Source: an uncultured archaeon | GTDB lineage: Archaea; Asgardarchaeota; Thorarchaeia; Thorarchaeales; Thorarchaeaceae | NCBI GenBank assembly: GCA_964354495.1 | Contig: CAYHAA010000009.1 | Span: 60,001-92,000, forward strand | Reading direction: 5' to 3' | Length of the DNA: 32,000 nt | In this document: one piece after another, positions 1 to 9,187 of the stretch | How positions within the stretch are numbered: position 1 is the stretch's first letter | How the letters are laid out: every line of letters starts with the position of its first letter | Translations under genes and position numbers: made by a program | The notes under the pieces: model-generated | The model's database searches: none | Seen by the model: only the letters and a program-made list of their open reading frames with translations | Told to the model about the DNA's origin: nothing

Positions 1-2
1 CA

Positions 3-518
3 GTGACCGACCAGCTCGTTCAGACTGTGATTGATCAGGAGGAAGAGCTTGCTCGAGTCAACGTTGAGATGTCTGACGTTGAATTCGAGGGCAAACCTGA
101 GACCATTCTCTTCTTGGACGCAGCCACGCACTTATCGAAGTTTAGCAGGTCCTTCAAGTTCGCACTGAACATTCCAGAGAAGTATCCGAATATGTCAGTC
201 GCCGCATCCTTCTTCACTGACAGAGAGAAGATCAGCCCCACGCTTCAAGATGGTGTCATGGACTACATGAAAGAGAGAGCCCTGATCTTCGACCTTCATC
301 CAGCACTCTTTGATCTAGTCACCGCAAGAATGCCCGTATCAAGAAAGGCATGGCTGAATGGCAAGCTCCAGGAGATGGAGAGAATTAGGTCCGAAGGCGA
401 GGTGGCATTTCTAGAGTACGTCGGCGATGAGAAGATCAAGTGGAACTTGCGAGTCGTGGAAAAACCAGAGAGAGAAGCCCTAGCCCGAATTCGTAGGTGG
501 TTCGGTGGATCGCGGTAG
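3..518 (+). CDS. Hypothetical protein, C-terminal part (5' end probably outside window)
   Basis: Open frame from the window edge to TAG at 516-518, protein-like composition; no motif recognised. Confidence 0.6.
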   Translation: MTDQLVQTVIDQEEELARVNVEMSDVEFEGKPETILFLDAATHLSKFSRSFKFALNIPEKYPNMSVAASFFTDREKISPTLQDGVMDYMKERALIFDLHPALFDLVTARMPVSRKAWLNGKLQEMERIRSEGEVAFLEYVGDEKIKWNLRVVEKPEREALARIRRWFGGSR

Positions 519-606
519 ATTGCGACCTCTCCCGCAAGAGATATAATCAGCATAGCAGCATGTCTTGATGACTGTCCGGAGGCAGATACATTTGAGTAAG
601 GGTGAT

Positions 607-1017
607 ATGACTCAGGCAAGAGTTCTGAAAATAGTGAAGGGTAGTACAATCACACTTCCTGCAGAATTTGTGGAGAGGATAGGACAATCATATGGCTTGA
701 CCATTCTGGTATTGAAAGATGGCAATGTAAAGATGTATCCTGTCGATAGCGACAAAGTAATGTATCTCAGGCTAGTCATCGATAAGTTGAGCAAGAGCTT
801 CCTCGAAGAACTTACCATGGTATTCATGGAAGTAGGACTTGAGGACATTCTATTCACAAGCGGAATCTGCCAAGCAGCTGACCAGTGCTTCTATGAATGC
901 TATTTCACACCCAAACAACTGAATGTGGAAATAGGTTTGCTTGATAAACGCCTAAGGACTATTACTGGCGTCAAGCAGGTCGAACTGGAAAAAGTTGCGA
1001 CAAGCCAAGGCTGCTGA
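607..1017 (+). CDS. AbrB/SpoVT-like N-terminal domain + ACT-like domain protein, putative regulator
   Basis: GGTGA SD at 601-605 directly before ATG 607. N-term RVLKIVKGSTITLPAEFVERIG fits the AbrB swapped-hairpin pattern (xxITLPxxxxxxxG); C-term beta-alpha-beta-beta-alpha-beta pattern fits ACT. Confidence 0.55.
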   Translation: MTQARVLKIVKGSTITLPAEFVERIGQSYGLTILVLKDGNVKMYPVDSDKVMYLRLVIDKLSKSFLEELTMVFMEVGLEDILFTSGICQAADQCFYECYFTPKQLNVEIGLLDKRLRTITGVKQVELEKVATSQGC

Positions 1018-1079
1018 GTTCGCTCACGCAGATCGGGATATCTCATGCCTCATGAATAACAAGAGGACTATTGGTCTAC

Positions 1080-2561
1080 ATGTCAGGTATTGTGGGCATC
1101 ATCCTGGTTGAACCGCTAGGTGATGCTGAATCCGTCATTTGTCGCATGTCAAATGCACTCCAACATCGAGGGGGTGAGTTGCTTCACCGGACTCTGCACG
1201 GAAAGAACTCATCCAGCAGCGCACTCATCTCAGTGAGAGCACAGGAGAAGAATGCAGCATTGATTGAATCAAGGCAGGATGGTCTGCAAATCGTCGATTC
1301 ATTTCCTCTCTTTCATGGGCAGGAGGACAGAGACCCTTTCCATAATCCAGAAGTCTTCAATACTCTCCTGTTACGTATTGATACAAGCGGACTTCGGATA
1401 TCCAGGTCACTCGATGGGACTCGTGGGCTCTACTATGTTCGTCTGGACCATGGTGTTGCTTTTGCTACTGAAAAGAAATGCATCTGGGCAATAGCTCAAG
1501 AAAGGAGCGAGATATTAGATCCGGGAGATGTATTGTCGTTCACGTGGGAAGGAGAACTCGCTATCACGCATTTGAGAGAACTTCAGATACCAGCAATCGA
1601 TAGAACCGTCGAGCGGTTCACAGCTCTTGAAAAACTGCAGAAGACACTCAACGCATCGTTCAGACATCTGAAGAGAGCAAAAAGGTGCTCAGTGCTCTTC
1701 TCAGGGGGAGTTGACAGCTCACTTGCAGCCTTACTGACAAAGAAGAATTGCAGAGATACAGTTCTTGTAACGGCAGCATGCAAAGGCTCTCACGACGAAG
1801 AAGCAGCGGTCAAATCAGCTGAATTGATGGGGACGAAGAGCATAGTAATTGAAGTCGATGCAAGTTCCATGTGGGAGGCACTCCCCGAGGTAATTCATTC
1901 AATAGAGACAAGCAATCGGATGCAAGTGGAAATCGCCTTGCCATTCTTCTTTGCAGCAAGAGAAGCAAAGAGGAGAGGATACAGCCTAATGGTTTCCGGC
2001 CAGGGACCCGACGAGCTCTTTGCTGGATATGGGCGGCATGAAACCTTAATGGAAAACGAGGGCGACAGCGCTGTCGAATGGACACTCTGGAATGAGGTTT
2101 CAATGACTCATGAAATAAACATACAGAGAAACGCTCGCGCAATCGCAGCAGCTGGACTTGATACCTTCTTTCCGTATTTGTATCCGCCCTTTGTCAGAAC
2201 TGCCATGTCATTGCCTGCTGCGTTTAAGGTGAATCCACAAGCTGTCCCTTCGCGCAAAATAATCTTCAGAGAACTAGCAGAGAACCTGGGTCTTCCACAT
2301 GATATTGCAGTGAAACCTAAACGAGCAACGCAATACAGCTCCGGGACGTCGAAACTTCTTTCAACATCGATTATTCAGAGGTTCGAAGAATCGGTGAAAC
2401 TCAACAAGAGGGAAACTTCGGCCGTCGTACAGAGCGTGCTTGACACAATCGCAACGCATCTTGGAATGCCGAATATCACGAGCAAGAACGATCTGAAAAT
2501 CGACCTAGAACCAACACGACGTCTGCAGCAACGATTGGGAATTTCAGGCTCCTGCGATTAG
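1080..2561 (+). CDS. asnB: Asparagine synthetase B-like protein (degenerate Ntn glutaminase domain + ATP-pyrophosphatase synthetase domain)
   Basis: MSGIVG N-terminus (canonical MCGIxG), HRG, SGGVDSS PP-loop, SGQGPDELFAGY, KRATQYSSG. Start set at ATG 1080 rather than TTG 1071. Confidence 0.8.
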   Translation: MSGIVGIILVEPLGDAESVICRMSNALQHRGGELLHRTLHGKNSSSSALISVRAQEKNAALIESRQDGLQIVDSFPLFHGQEDRDPFHNPEVFNTLLLRIDTSGLRISRSLDGTRGLYYVRLDHGVAFATEKKCIWAIAQERSEILDPGDVLSFTWEGELAITHLRELQIPAIDRTVERFTALEKLQKTLNASFRHLKRAKRCSVLFSGGVDSSLAALLTKKNCRDTVLVTAACKGSHDEEAAVKSAELMGTKSIVIEVDASSMWEALPEVIHSIETSNRMQVEIALPFFFAAREAKRRGYSLMVSGQGPDELFAGYGRHETLMENEGDSAVEWTLWNEVSMTHEINIQRNARAIAAAGLDTFFPYLYPPFVRTAMSLPAAFKVNPQAVPSRKIIFRELAENLGLPHDIAVKPKRATQYSSGTSKLLSTSIIQRFEESVKLNKRETSAVVQSVLDTIATHLGMPNITSKNDLKIDLEPTRRLQQRLGISGSCD

Positions 2562-3035
2562 CGGGATAACTGCATCATTGTCACTCTGCTGAAGCTCAAA
2601 TGTGAGCGTAACACATTTTCCATCTATGATGACAACGTGATTGGTGGAGAAACTATGTTCCAAAAGCGATTCAACTACTGTTTTCGATTCGGTGACCGTC
2701 ATCCGCCGAATGGTCATCTCATTGAGGATTTCCGGTATTGATCATACTGAGAGTTGTCAGACTCATTTCGTTACGAGCCTACTTCATACAGCATTCATCG
2801 ACACTTTTCGAACTCCGCATCTGCAACAATCGTTGTTCATTCGTTAGTGATATATAGTAGGGGCTCGAGGTATTGTATCGGCAATGTCCGAAAGTTAGAA
2901 GAACAATCGGTAAAGGCCGTTTCATTGGTGTGCGTAGTAACACAACGTTCATAAGAACGCTGCAGACCGAGCGGTGAATTAGCGACACAACGCAATTCGA
3001 CGTTCACCGATTTGTTATACATGGAGAGAATTGCA

Positions 3036-4079
3036 ATGGTTGGCATTGTAGGGTATGGAGTCTACGTTCCACGTTACCGCATAAAGACCTCAGATATCGC
3101 TGAGGTTTGGGGCGAGGATGGGTCAGTAATTGGTCAGAATCTAGGAGTGTTTGAGAAGTCGCTTCCCGGTCCTGATGAGGATGTGGCTACCATCTCAGTG
3201 GAGGCTGCGCGGAATGCAATCAAAATGGCAGGAATCAATCCGGTCGATATAGGGGCAGTCTACATAGGCTCTGAGTCTCACCCGTACGCAGTGAAGCCTA
3301 CAGGCACAATTGTTGCTGAGGCCATTGGTTGTTCGCATAATATGATGTGTGCGGATTTTGAGTTCGCCTGCAAGGCAGGAACTGCCGCAATGCAGACTGC
3401 CATGGGACTTGTCTCTTCTAAGATGATCAAGATAGGGCTTGCCATTGGAGCGGATACTGCGCAGGGAAGGCCGGGTGATGCACTCGAATATTCTGCTGCA
3501 GCGGGTGGCGCAGCCTATCTGATTGGTTCCAAAAAGCCTCTTGCCACAATAGAGGACACAGTTTCTTTCACAAGTGACACCCCTGACTTCTGGAGACGCG
3601 AAGGTGAGGACTATCCAAGCCATGGTGCAAGATTCACCGGTGAACCAGCCTATTTCCGGCACGTTGGCGAAGGTGCAGCGTTGTTGTTCAAGAAGACAAA
3701 GACAACTGTCGATGATTATGACTACTTCGTATTTCATATGCCCAACGGCAAGTTCCCGATATCTATGGGCAGGCAAGTCGGTGTCCCGAAGGAAAAACTC
3801 GAGGACAGCCTTGTTGTCCGACAGATTGGAAATACATACTCAGGTTCGGCAATGATCGGGCTGGCAAGAGTATTGGATATCGCGAAACCAGGTTCCAAGA
3901 TATTCGTGGTGGCATACGGCTCAGGAGCAGGAAGTGATGCCTTTTCCATCACGGTGGAAGATGCTATTGAGGAATGCCGCGGAGAAGTACCCACGGTTGA
4001 TGACTATATCAAACGAAAGACGTACGTGGACTACGCAACTTATGCAAAGTATAGACGAAAAATTAAGGCACTTGCGTGA
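3036..4079 (+). CDS. mvaS: Archaeal hydroxymethylglutaryl-CoA synthase
   Basis: [19 protein letters not shown] (catalytic Cys), [23 protein letters not shown]; first gene of HMGCS-thiolase-DUF35 cluster. Confidence 0.95.
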   Translation: MVGIVGYGVYVPRYRIKTSDIAEVWGEDGSVIGQNLGVFEKSLPGPDEDVATISVEAARNAIKMAGINPVDIGAVYIGSESHPYAVKPTGTIVAEAIGCSHNMMCADFEFACKAGTAAMQTAMGLVSSKMIKIGLAIGADTAQGRPGDALEYSAAAGGAAYLIGSKKPLATIEDTVSFTSDTPDFWRREGEDYPSHGARFTGEPAYFRHVGEGAALLFKKTKTTVDDYDYFVFHMPNGKFPISMGRQVGVPKEKLEDSLVVRQIGNTYSGSAMIGLARVLDIAKPGSKIFVVAYGSGAGSDAFSITVEDAIEECRGEVPTVDDYIKRKTYVDYATYAKYRRKIKALA

Positions 4080-4091
4080 GGAGGTTTCACA

Positions 4092-5252
4092 ATGAACAAT
4101 AGAGTTGCGATAATAGGAGTCGGAATTAACAAGTTTGGCGAATTGTGGGATAAGAATCTCATGGATATTGCCTATGAAGCGGGAATGTACGCCATATGGG
4201 ATGCGGGAATTCCCGGTTCAGATATAGATGGCATGGTCATTGGAAATATGAGCGCAGGTCGGTTCACAGGACAAGAGCATCTTGGTGCTCTTGCAGTTGA
4301 CATGGCAGGACTTGGTGACATTCCAGCATATAGTGTCGAGGCAGCGTGCGCCAGCGGTGGCGCCGCGGTAAGACAAGCGTACATGGCGATCAGGTCAGGC
4401 GAACATGATCTCATGGTCGTACTAGGATGCGAGAAGATGAGTGATGTGAGCCAGAGTGAGGCCATGAACACCATCTCTGTTGCTAGTGACTGGGAATGGG
4501 AGGGTATGTTCGGAGGCACTTTCCCTGCACTCTATGCGTTCATGGCTCGAAGGCATATGCATGATTATGGCACGACTGAAGAGCATCTTGCATTGCCCGT
4601 TGTGAAGAATCATGCAAATGCAGCACATAATCCATTTGCACAGTTTCAGAGCCCTGTTCCACTAGACGTCGTGATGAACTCTGCCATGCTAGCAGAGCCG
4701 CTCAGGGTGCTCCATTCATCCCCAGTGACTGACGGAGCCGCGGGTCTTGTGGTGTGTAGAGAGGACCTTGCAAAGAAATACACTGACACGCCTGTAATTA
4801 TCGAGGCATCAGACCAGAGAAGTGATACATTATCCCTGCATGATAGAAAGTCAATCACTACTATGAGTTCAGCGGTCACTTCGACCAGATGCGCACTCAA
4901 GCAGGCGAATCTTGAACTCAAGGATATTGATGTTCTTGAACTCCATGATAGCTTCTCCATTGGAGAGATAATGCTTACTGAAGATGTCGGGATTGCAAAG
5001 AAGGGAGAGGGCGGCAAAGCTCTGGAAGAAGGTATTACAGAGATTGGTGGGAAGTTCCCTGTGAATACCTCAGGTGGGCTCAAAGCCCGAGGTCACCCAG
5101 TGGGGGCAACAGGTGTGGCACAGATTGTGGAACTAGTATTACAGCTTCGAGGTGATGCAGACAAGCGTCAAGTTGATGGAGCAGAGAAGGCGCTCGCTGT
5201 CAACATAGGCGGTACAGGAGCCACATCAATAGTTCATGTTCTTGGGAGATGA
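4092..5252 (+). CDS. Acetoacetyl-CoA thiolase (archaeal, SCP2-type thiolase)
   Basis: EAACASGG (catalytic Cys), ELHDSF, NTSGGLKARGHPVGATG; GGAGG SD upstream. Confidence 0.95.
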   Translation: MNNRVAIIGVGINKFGELWDKNLMDIAYEAGMYAIWDAGIPGSDIDGMVIGNMSAGRFTGQEHLGALAVDMAGLGDIPAYSVEAACASGGAAVRQAYMAIRSGEHDLMVVLGCEKMSDVSQSEAMNTISVASDWEWEGMFGGTFPALYAFMARRHMHDYGTTEEHLALPVVKNHANAAHNPFAQFQSPVPLDVVMNSAMLAEPLRVLHSSPVTDGAAGLVVCREDLAKKYTDTPVIIEASDQRSDTLSLHDRKSITTMSSAVTSTRCALKQANLELKDIDVLELHDSFSIGEIMLTEDVGIAKKGEGGKALEEGITEIGGKFPVNTSGGLKARGHPVGATGVAQIVELVLQLRGDADKRQVDGAEKALAVNIGGTGATSIVHVLGR

Positions 5253-5710
5253 TCAAAATGCCAGAGAGAGGTGTAGCGCAAGTTTGGCGACGCATCAAAT
5301 CAATCTATAGACTTCAGGGAAATAGGTGCGAAACATGTGGAACCCACTATTTTCCGCCGCGCCTCGTGTGCCCACAATGTCGAAGAAAAGGGAAAATCGA
5401 GCCCTTCACATTCAAAGGGCTGGGCACCATATACACATTTGCTGTGGTGCATCAAGCTCCTGAGGACTTCAAGCGGCAGATGCCCTATGTGATCGCACAA
5501 GTTGACCTCGATGAGGGTGCTCGACTCACAGCACAGATTGTGAACGTGGACAAAGAGGATGTGAAGATTGGCATGAGAGTCCGTGTCTGCTTCCGCAAGA
5601 TTAAGGAATTCGGCCAAGATGGAATCATTGTCTATGGATACAAATTCGAACCGACAATGAGAGTCACTGGACATGAAGAGAAGGCAGCTACCACAGATTT
5701 AGTTCCGTGA
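5249..5710 (+). CDS. DUF35 family Zn-ribbon + OB-fold protein (scaffold of the thiolase/HMGCS complex)
   Basis: CETCG...PPRLVCPQC Zn ribbon, GTIYTF, PYVIAQVDLDEG, IGMRV. ATGA overlap with the thiolase stop (alternative start ATG 5258). Confidence 0.92.
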   Translation: MIKMPERGVAQVWRRIKSIYRLQGNRCETCGTHYFPPRLVCPQCRRKGKIEPFTFKGLGTIYTFAVVHQAPEDFKRQMPYVIAQVDLDEGARLTAQIVNVDKEDVKIGMRVRVCFRKIKEFGQDGIIVYGYKFEPTMRVTGHEEKAATTDLVP

Positions 5711-6380
5711 TACCATGAACAGCAGGCAGGGCAACATTGTGGACAAGTGTTGTTCCTATCATAGCTTTGTGCATTATCGAAGTGTGAACATGTCCGTGAA
5801 TCACGAGGTCCGGACTCTGGCGCGAGATGACTTTGTAGAACTTTCTGCTTCCAAGCCATGAGAAGGCTCTCAGGTCTTCACCCTCACAGGTCTCTAGACA
5901 GGGGCTATAATGCATCAATAGGATACGTTTGTCCGTCTTACTATCGAGCTTCTTCAACAATGACGCTGCACGTTTAGCGCGTCTTTCGAACACGCCCTTG
6001 ATGCTCGGAATGTTCCGTTTCTGCCATCTTGTTGCTTTGTCCAGGGACCCTTGCGTACCGACAATCCCGATTCGAAGACCGTTCGACTCAATAATGGTCG
6101 ACTTTTCATCTAGAATAAGCAGTCTGTCGCCAGTAACAGATATTATCTCTTTTCGTACTTCATTGTATTCTTCATTTCCAAAGCATCCAACTACTGGAAA
6201 CCCAGAGCCCATATGGTGTTCAATTGCATCCAGTATCGTATTGTATTCATCAGACTTGCCGCGACTGACCATATCACCCGCAAAGAGGAATAGATCAGGC
6301 GGCCGCAGAGCACTCAGAGATTGCTTGAATTCGCTCAAGAATCTCGGACTGTGAACATCTGCAACAGCCTGAATCTTCAC
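5688..6380 (-). CDS. Calcineurin-like metallophosphoesterase
   Basis: ADVH, AGDMV, GNEE, LMHY, HGHVH motifs in the expected order; GTG start; 23-bp convergent overlap with the DUF35 gene. Confidence 0.85.
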   Translation of the reverse strand: MKIQAVADVHSPRFLSEFKQSLSALRPPDLFLFAGDMVSRGKSDEYNTILDAIEHHMGSGFPVVGCFGNEEYNEVRKEIISVTGDRLLILDEKSTIIESNGLRIGIVGTQGSLDKATRWQKRNIPSIKGVFERRAKRAASLLKKLDSKTDKRILLMHYSPCLETCEGEDLRAFSWLGSRKFYKVISRQSPDLVIHGHVHTSIMHKAMIGTTLVHNVALPAVHGITELNLW

Positions 6381-6421
6381 GATGTGAATGTCCCCTGACG
6401 TGTGCAGTGAGAATAAAACAA

Positions 6422-6431
6422 GATATTAAGT
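6422..6431. promoter_or_regulatory. TATA-like element in the 83-bp divergent gap (phosphoesterase / coaD fusion)
   Basis: GATATTAAGT about 35-40 nt upstream of ATG 6464 in an AT-rich divergent gap. Confidence 0.4.
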
Positions 6432-6463
6432 GTTTCAACTAAGACGGGAGTGGCGAGAAACCA

Positions 6464-7450
6464 ATGGTGACCTTTGCGCTGAACCTTTTTGACCGCCTAC
6501 ATCTTGGACACGAGGTGATGATAGACAGGCTTGTTGAGATGCCGGAGCCCATTGCAGGTGTCACCAGCGGAGAGCTCATGGGCAAAGGGCTCCAATTGGA
6601 GAGTCTCATTCAGCCTCTTGAGACCAGAATTGTCAGACTGAAGGAATATCTCGTAAAGAGCAAGCTCGATGACATCGTTGAAGTCAAGGCTCTAACAAAG
6701 AGAAGTGACTTACTCGAATTCAAGGAGCAAGTCACGTTCATGATGTACGAAGGTCCCTGCTGCACAGAGATACAATCAGGGGCACTAGAGAAGAGGAAAC
6801 AGGTTCTTGGGCTTGAAGATATCCAGGAGTTCCTGAAACCAGTCCGCGCAGATGACGGAGACAAGCTTACATCAGCAAGGATTCGTCTCGGACTAATCGA
6901 CAGGAGAGGAAGGCGTCTCAGGGTAATTGATGAGCCGCCCCGGCTTCTTCAATTAGAGGGGAGAGTAGGCTTGAAATCTCCGAAGGGAGATGTTTTCGAA
7001 TTCAAAGATGGTGCTCCAGAGAAACGAGTTGTGGAGAGGATTAAGGCTGAATCGCCTCCTCTGGTCATTACAGTAGGAGATGTGACCACTGCCACCATAT
7101 TAGCTGAAGGATATACTCCACAAGTCATGATCGTTGATGGAACAACTAAGAGAGGAGTCTATGATAAGAGATTCTCGGCAGGTACTGAGTTCCTTGTTTA
7201 CAATCCAGCTGCAACCATCTACCCAGAGGCGTGGTCTACAATTGCCACGGCGATTCACGAGAGTCAGCCCACATTGATTTCAGTGGATGGGGAAGAGGAT
7301 CTTCTAGGTTTTCCAGCCGTGCTCCTTGCTCCCCAAGGCGCTGTAGTTCTCTATGGTCAGCCAGATGTTGGAATCGTTTGGATACCCGTCAATATAGAAA
7401 ACAAGAAACTGGCACGAAAACTGCTTGACAAAATGCCAGTGATTCAGTAG
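6464..7450 (+). CDS. coaD: Bifunctional archaeal phosphopantetheine adenylyltransferase + GTP-dependent dephospho-CoA kinase (DUF359/COG1909) fusion
   Basis: N-half FDRLHLGH (HxGH) and KLTSARIR (cf. ISSTxIR). C-half LKSPKG, VGDVTT, IVDGTTKR, NPAATI, VDGEEDLL, VLYGQP are typical of DUF359. Confidence 0.85.
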   Translation: MVTFALNLFDRLHLGHEVMIDRLVEMPEPIAGVTSGELMGKGLQLESLIQPLETRIVRLKEYLVKSKLDDIVEVKALTKRSDLLEFKEQVTFMMYEGPCCTEIQSGALEKRKQVLGLEDIQEFLKPVRADDGDKLTSARIRLGLIDRRGRRLRVIDEPPRLLQLEGRVGLKSPKGDVFEFKDGAPEKRVVERIKAESPPLVITVGDVTTATILAEGYTPQVMIVDGTTKRGVYDKRFSAGTEFLVYNPAATIYPEAWSTIATAIHESQPTLISVDGEEDLLGFPAVLLAPQGAVVLYGQPDVGIVWIPVNIENKKLARKLLDKMPVIQ

Positions 7451-7466
7451 TGTAGGATAACTTGTC

Positions 7467-8990
7467 CTATAATGTGGCAAAGACATGGGGTATCCGTTCA
7501 ATGCAGTCAGTGGCAACTATGTGGTCGCCAAGGTCACCCGCAGCCATCTCTCCAGCAAGACCAGACACAAAGGCACTCGCAGCTGCTGCTTTGAAGGCTC
7601 CGCCGTTTCGAGATAGAAAGGAGGCAACGATGCCCGTCAGAACATCCCCAGTACCCCCGACTGTCATTGCAGGAACGCCAGTTCGATTCCACTTGATGCG
7701 GCCAGTAGGATGCGCAATCACATCTATTGGCCCTTTCAGTAATATCACTGCATCGTATTGCTTGGCCGCCTTGATTGCTTGTTCTGTCCGATTCTGCAAG
7801 TTCCCAGCTTTTCCCAATTTGCTCCCCATGATGACTGAGAGCTCACCCCAGTGTGGAGTGAATACAGTGATATCCGGGTTGAATTTCATTCCCGATGAAG
7901 CTATTGCTTTCAATCCGTCAGCATCAAGGACAAGTGGTATCGCACGATTTATGAACTGCTGAATGAGTGATACAGCAGCCGCTTTTGTTTTGGAATCAAG
8001 TCCAAGTCCGGGTCCGAATGCAATGACATCATTATTCTCCGAGACCTTGAGAACGGCATCAACGACTTCAGGGATTAGAATCTGAGCGCCCAGATTTTTG
8101 ACCATCAAATTAGGGCTATATTCCCTGATTGCTGGGACGACAGGATCAGGTGCCAAGACAGTGACTAGGTCCGAACCGGAACGTAGTGCAGCCATCCCTG
8201 CAAGCGCAGGAGCGCCTGTGAAGACATCACTTCCGCCAATGACCAGTATCCTGCCAGAGTCGCCTTTCTTTGCGGCAGATTTTCGGGGCTGACTGTAGTA
8301 AGATAGGTCACCGGGTCCACAGATGTCTGCAGCCTCTCGCGGTATTCCGATTGTGACAACGTGTGTCTTTCCCACATATGCATGTGCCTTGAGAGTTCCA
8401 ATCTTGGGTGCATGGAGCACAATGGTATGGTCTGCTCTGACTGCATCTCCTTGAACTGCGCCCGTGTCAGAATCTATGCCACTCGGAACGTCGATTGAAT
8501 ACTTGACTGCTTTCGACCTGTTTATCATCCTTACCGCAGTGAGCAAAGGCTCTCTGAGTTCAGAATGAAGACCGAATCCCATCAGTCCATCAATGAGTAT
8601 GTCAGCACGACCAATGGCTCTGCATGATTTGACAGCAGATTCTGTTAGGAGTGAGGACGTAAAGATTCGCAAGAGGTTCTTGAGAGTGTTCCAGTTTGTC
8701 ATTGTATCAGGATTCGAGATAGTCTTCTCGTGTCCTAGCAGATAGACCTCAACTCTTGCACCAGCTTCATCTAGATACCTTGAAGCGACAATACCATCTC
8801 CGCCATTTCCGCCGAGGCCGCACAGGACAACGATGGATTTTCCTTCGACATTCTCATTATCAATGATTACGCGAGCAACCTCTCTGCCAGCAATTTGCAT
8901 GAGAACGCTGTGTGAGACACCAAGGTATTTTGCATTCATCTCAAGAGCGCGCATCTCATCCGTTGTTATGGAATTCACGTCCATCTGCAA
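7467..8990 (-). CDS. nnr: Bifunctional NAD(P)H-hydrate epimerase/dehydratase (YjeF; NnrE-NnrD)
   Basis: CGLGGNGGDG, SIDVPSG, KGDSGRILVIGGS, GPGLG, DADGL, TPHWGEL, GGTGDVLTG. Start TTG 8990 or ATG 8984. Confidence 0.95.
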   Translation of the reverse strand: MQMDVNSITTDEMRALEMNAKYLGVSHSVLMQIAGREVARVIIDNENVEGKSIVVLCGLGGNGGDGIVASRYLDEAGARVEVYLLGHEKTISNPDTMTNWNTLKNLLRIFTSSLLTESAVKSCRAIGRADILIDGLMGFGLHSELREPLLTAVRMINRSKAVKYSIDVPSGIDSDTGAVQGDAVRADHTIVLHAPKIGTLKAHAYVGKTHVVTIGIPREAADICGPGDLSYYSQPRKSAAKKGDSGRILVIGGSDVFTGAPALAGMAALRSGSDLVTVLAPDPVVPAIREYSPNLMVKNLGAQILIPEVVDAVLKVSENNDVIAFGPGLGLDSKTKAAAVSLIQQFINRAIPLVLDADGLKAIASSGMKFNPDITVFTPHWGELSVIMGSKLGKAGNLQNRTEQAIKAAKQYDAVILLKGPIDVIAHPTGRIKWNRTGVPAMTVGGTGDVLTGIVASFLSRNGGAFKAAAASAFVSGLAGEMAAGDLGDHIVATDCIERIPHVFATL

Positions 8991-9187
8991 TCACACTCAC
9001 TGGACTTCAACTACAGCATAATCCGACTCACTATATCAATCATTTCTTAAAGAGTAAGATTCTCTCTGAGTGCACTCAGAATGATTTTGCGGAACTCTCG
9101 CATCAGCTTGGGCCCAAATGCGAATATCTGTGAGATGAACAGCTATTGCATCCTCAGCTTGATTGGGCCGTAGCGGGTCCAGCAATC

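Noticed and set aside
3-518. Possible Walker B-like ILFLD in the first ORF
   Set aside because: A single short motif in a truncated protein; not enough to call an ATPase.
1015-1060. Selenocysteine read-through at the Cys-TGA end of the AbrB-ACT gene
   Set aside because: The extension is short and featureless, the ACT domain is already complete, and no SECIS-like element was recognised.
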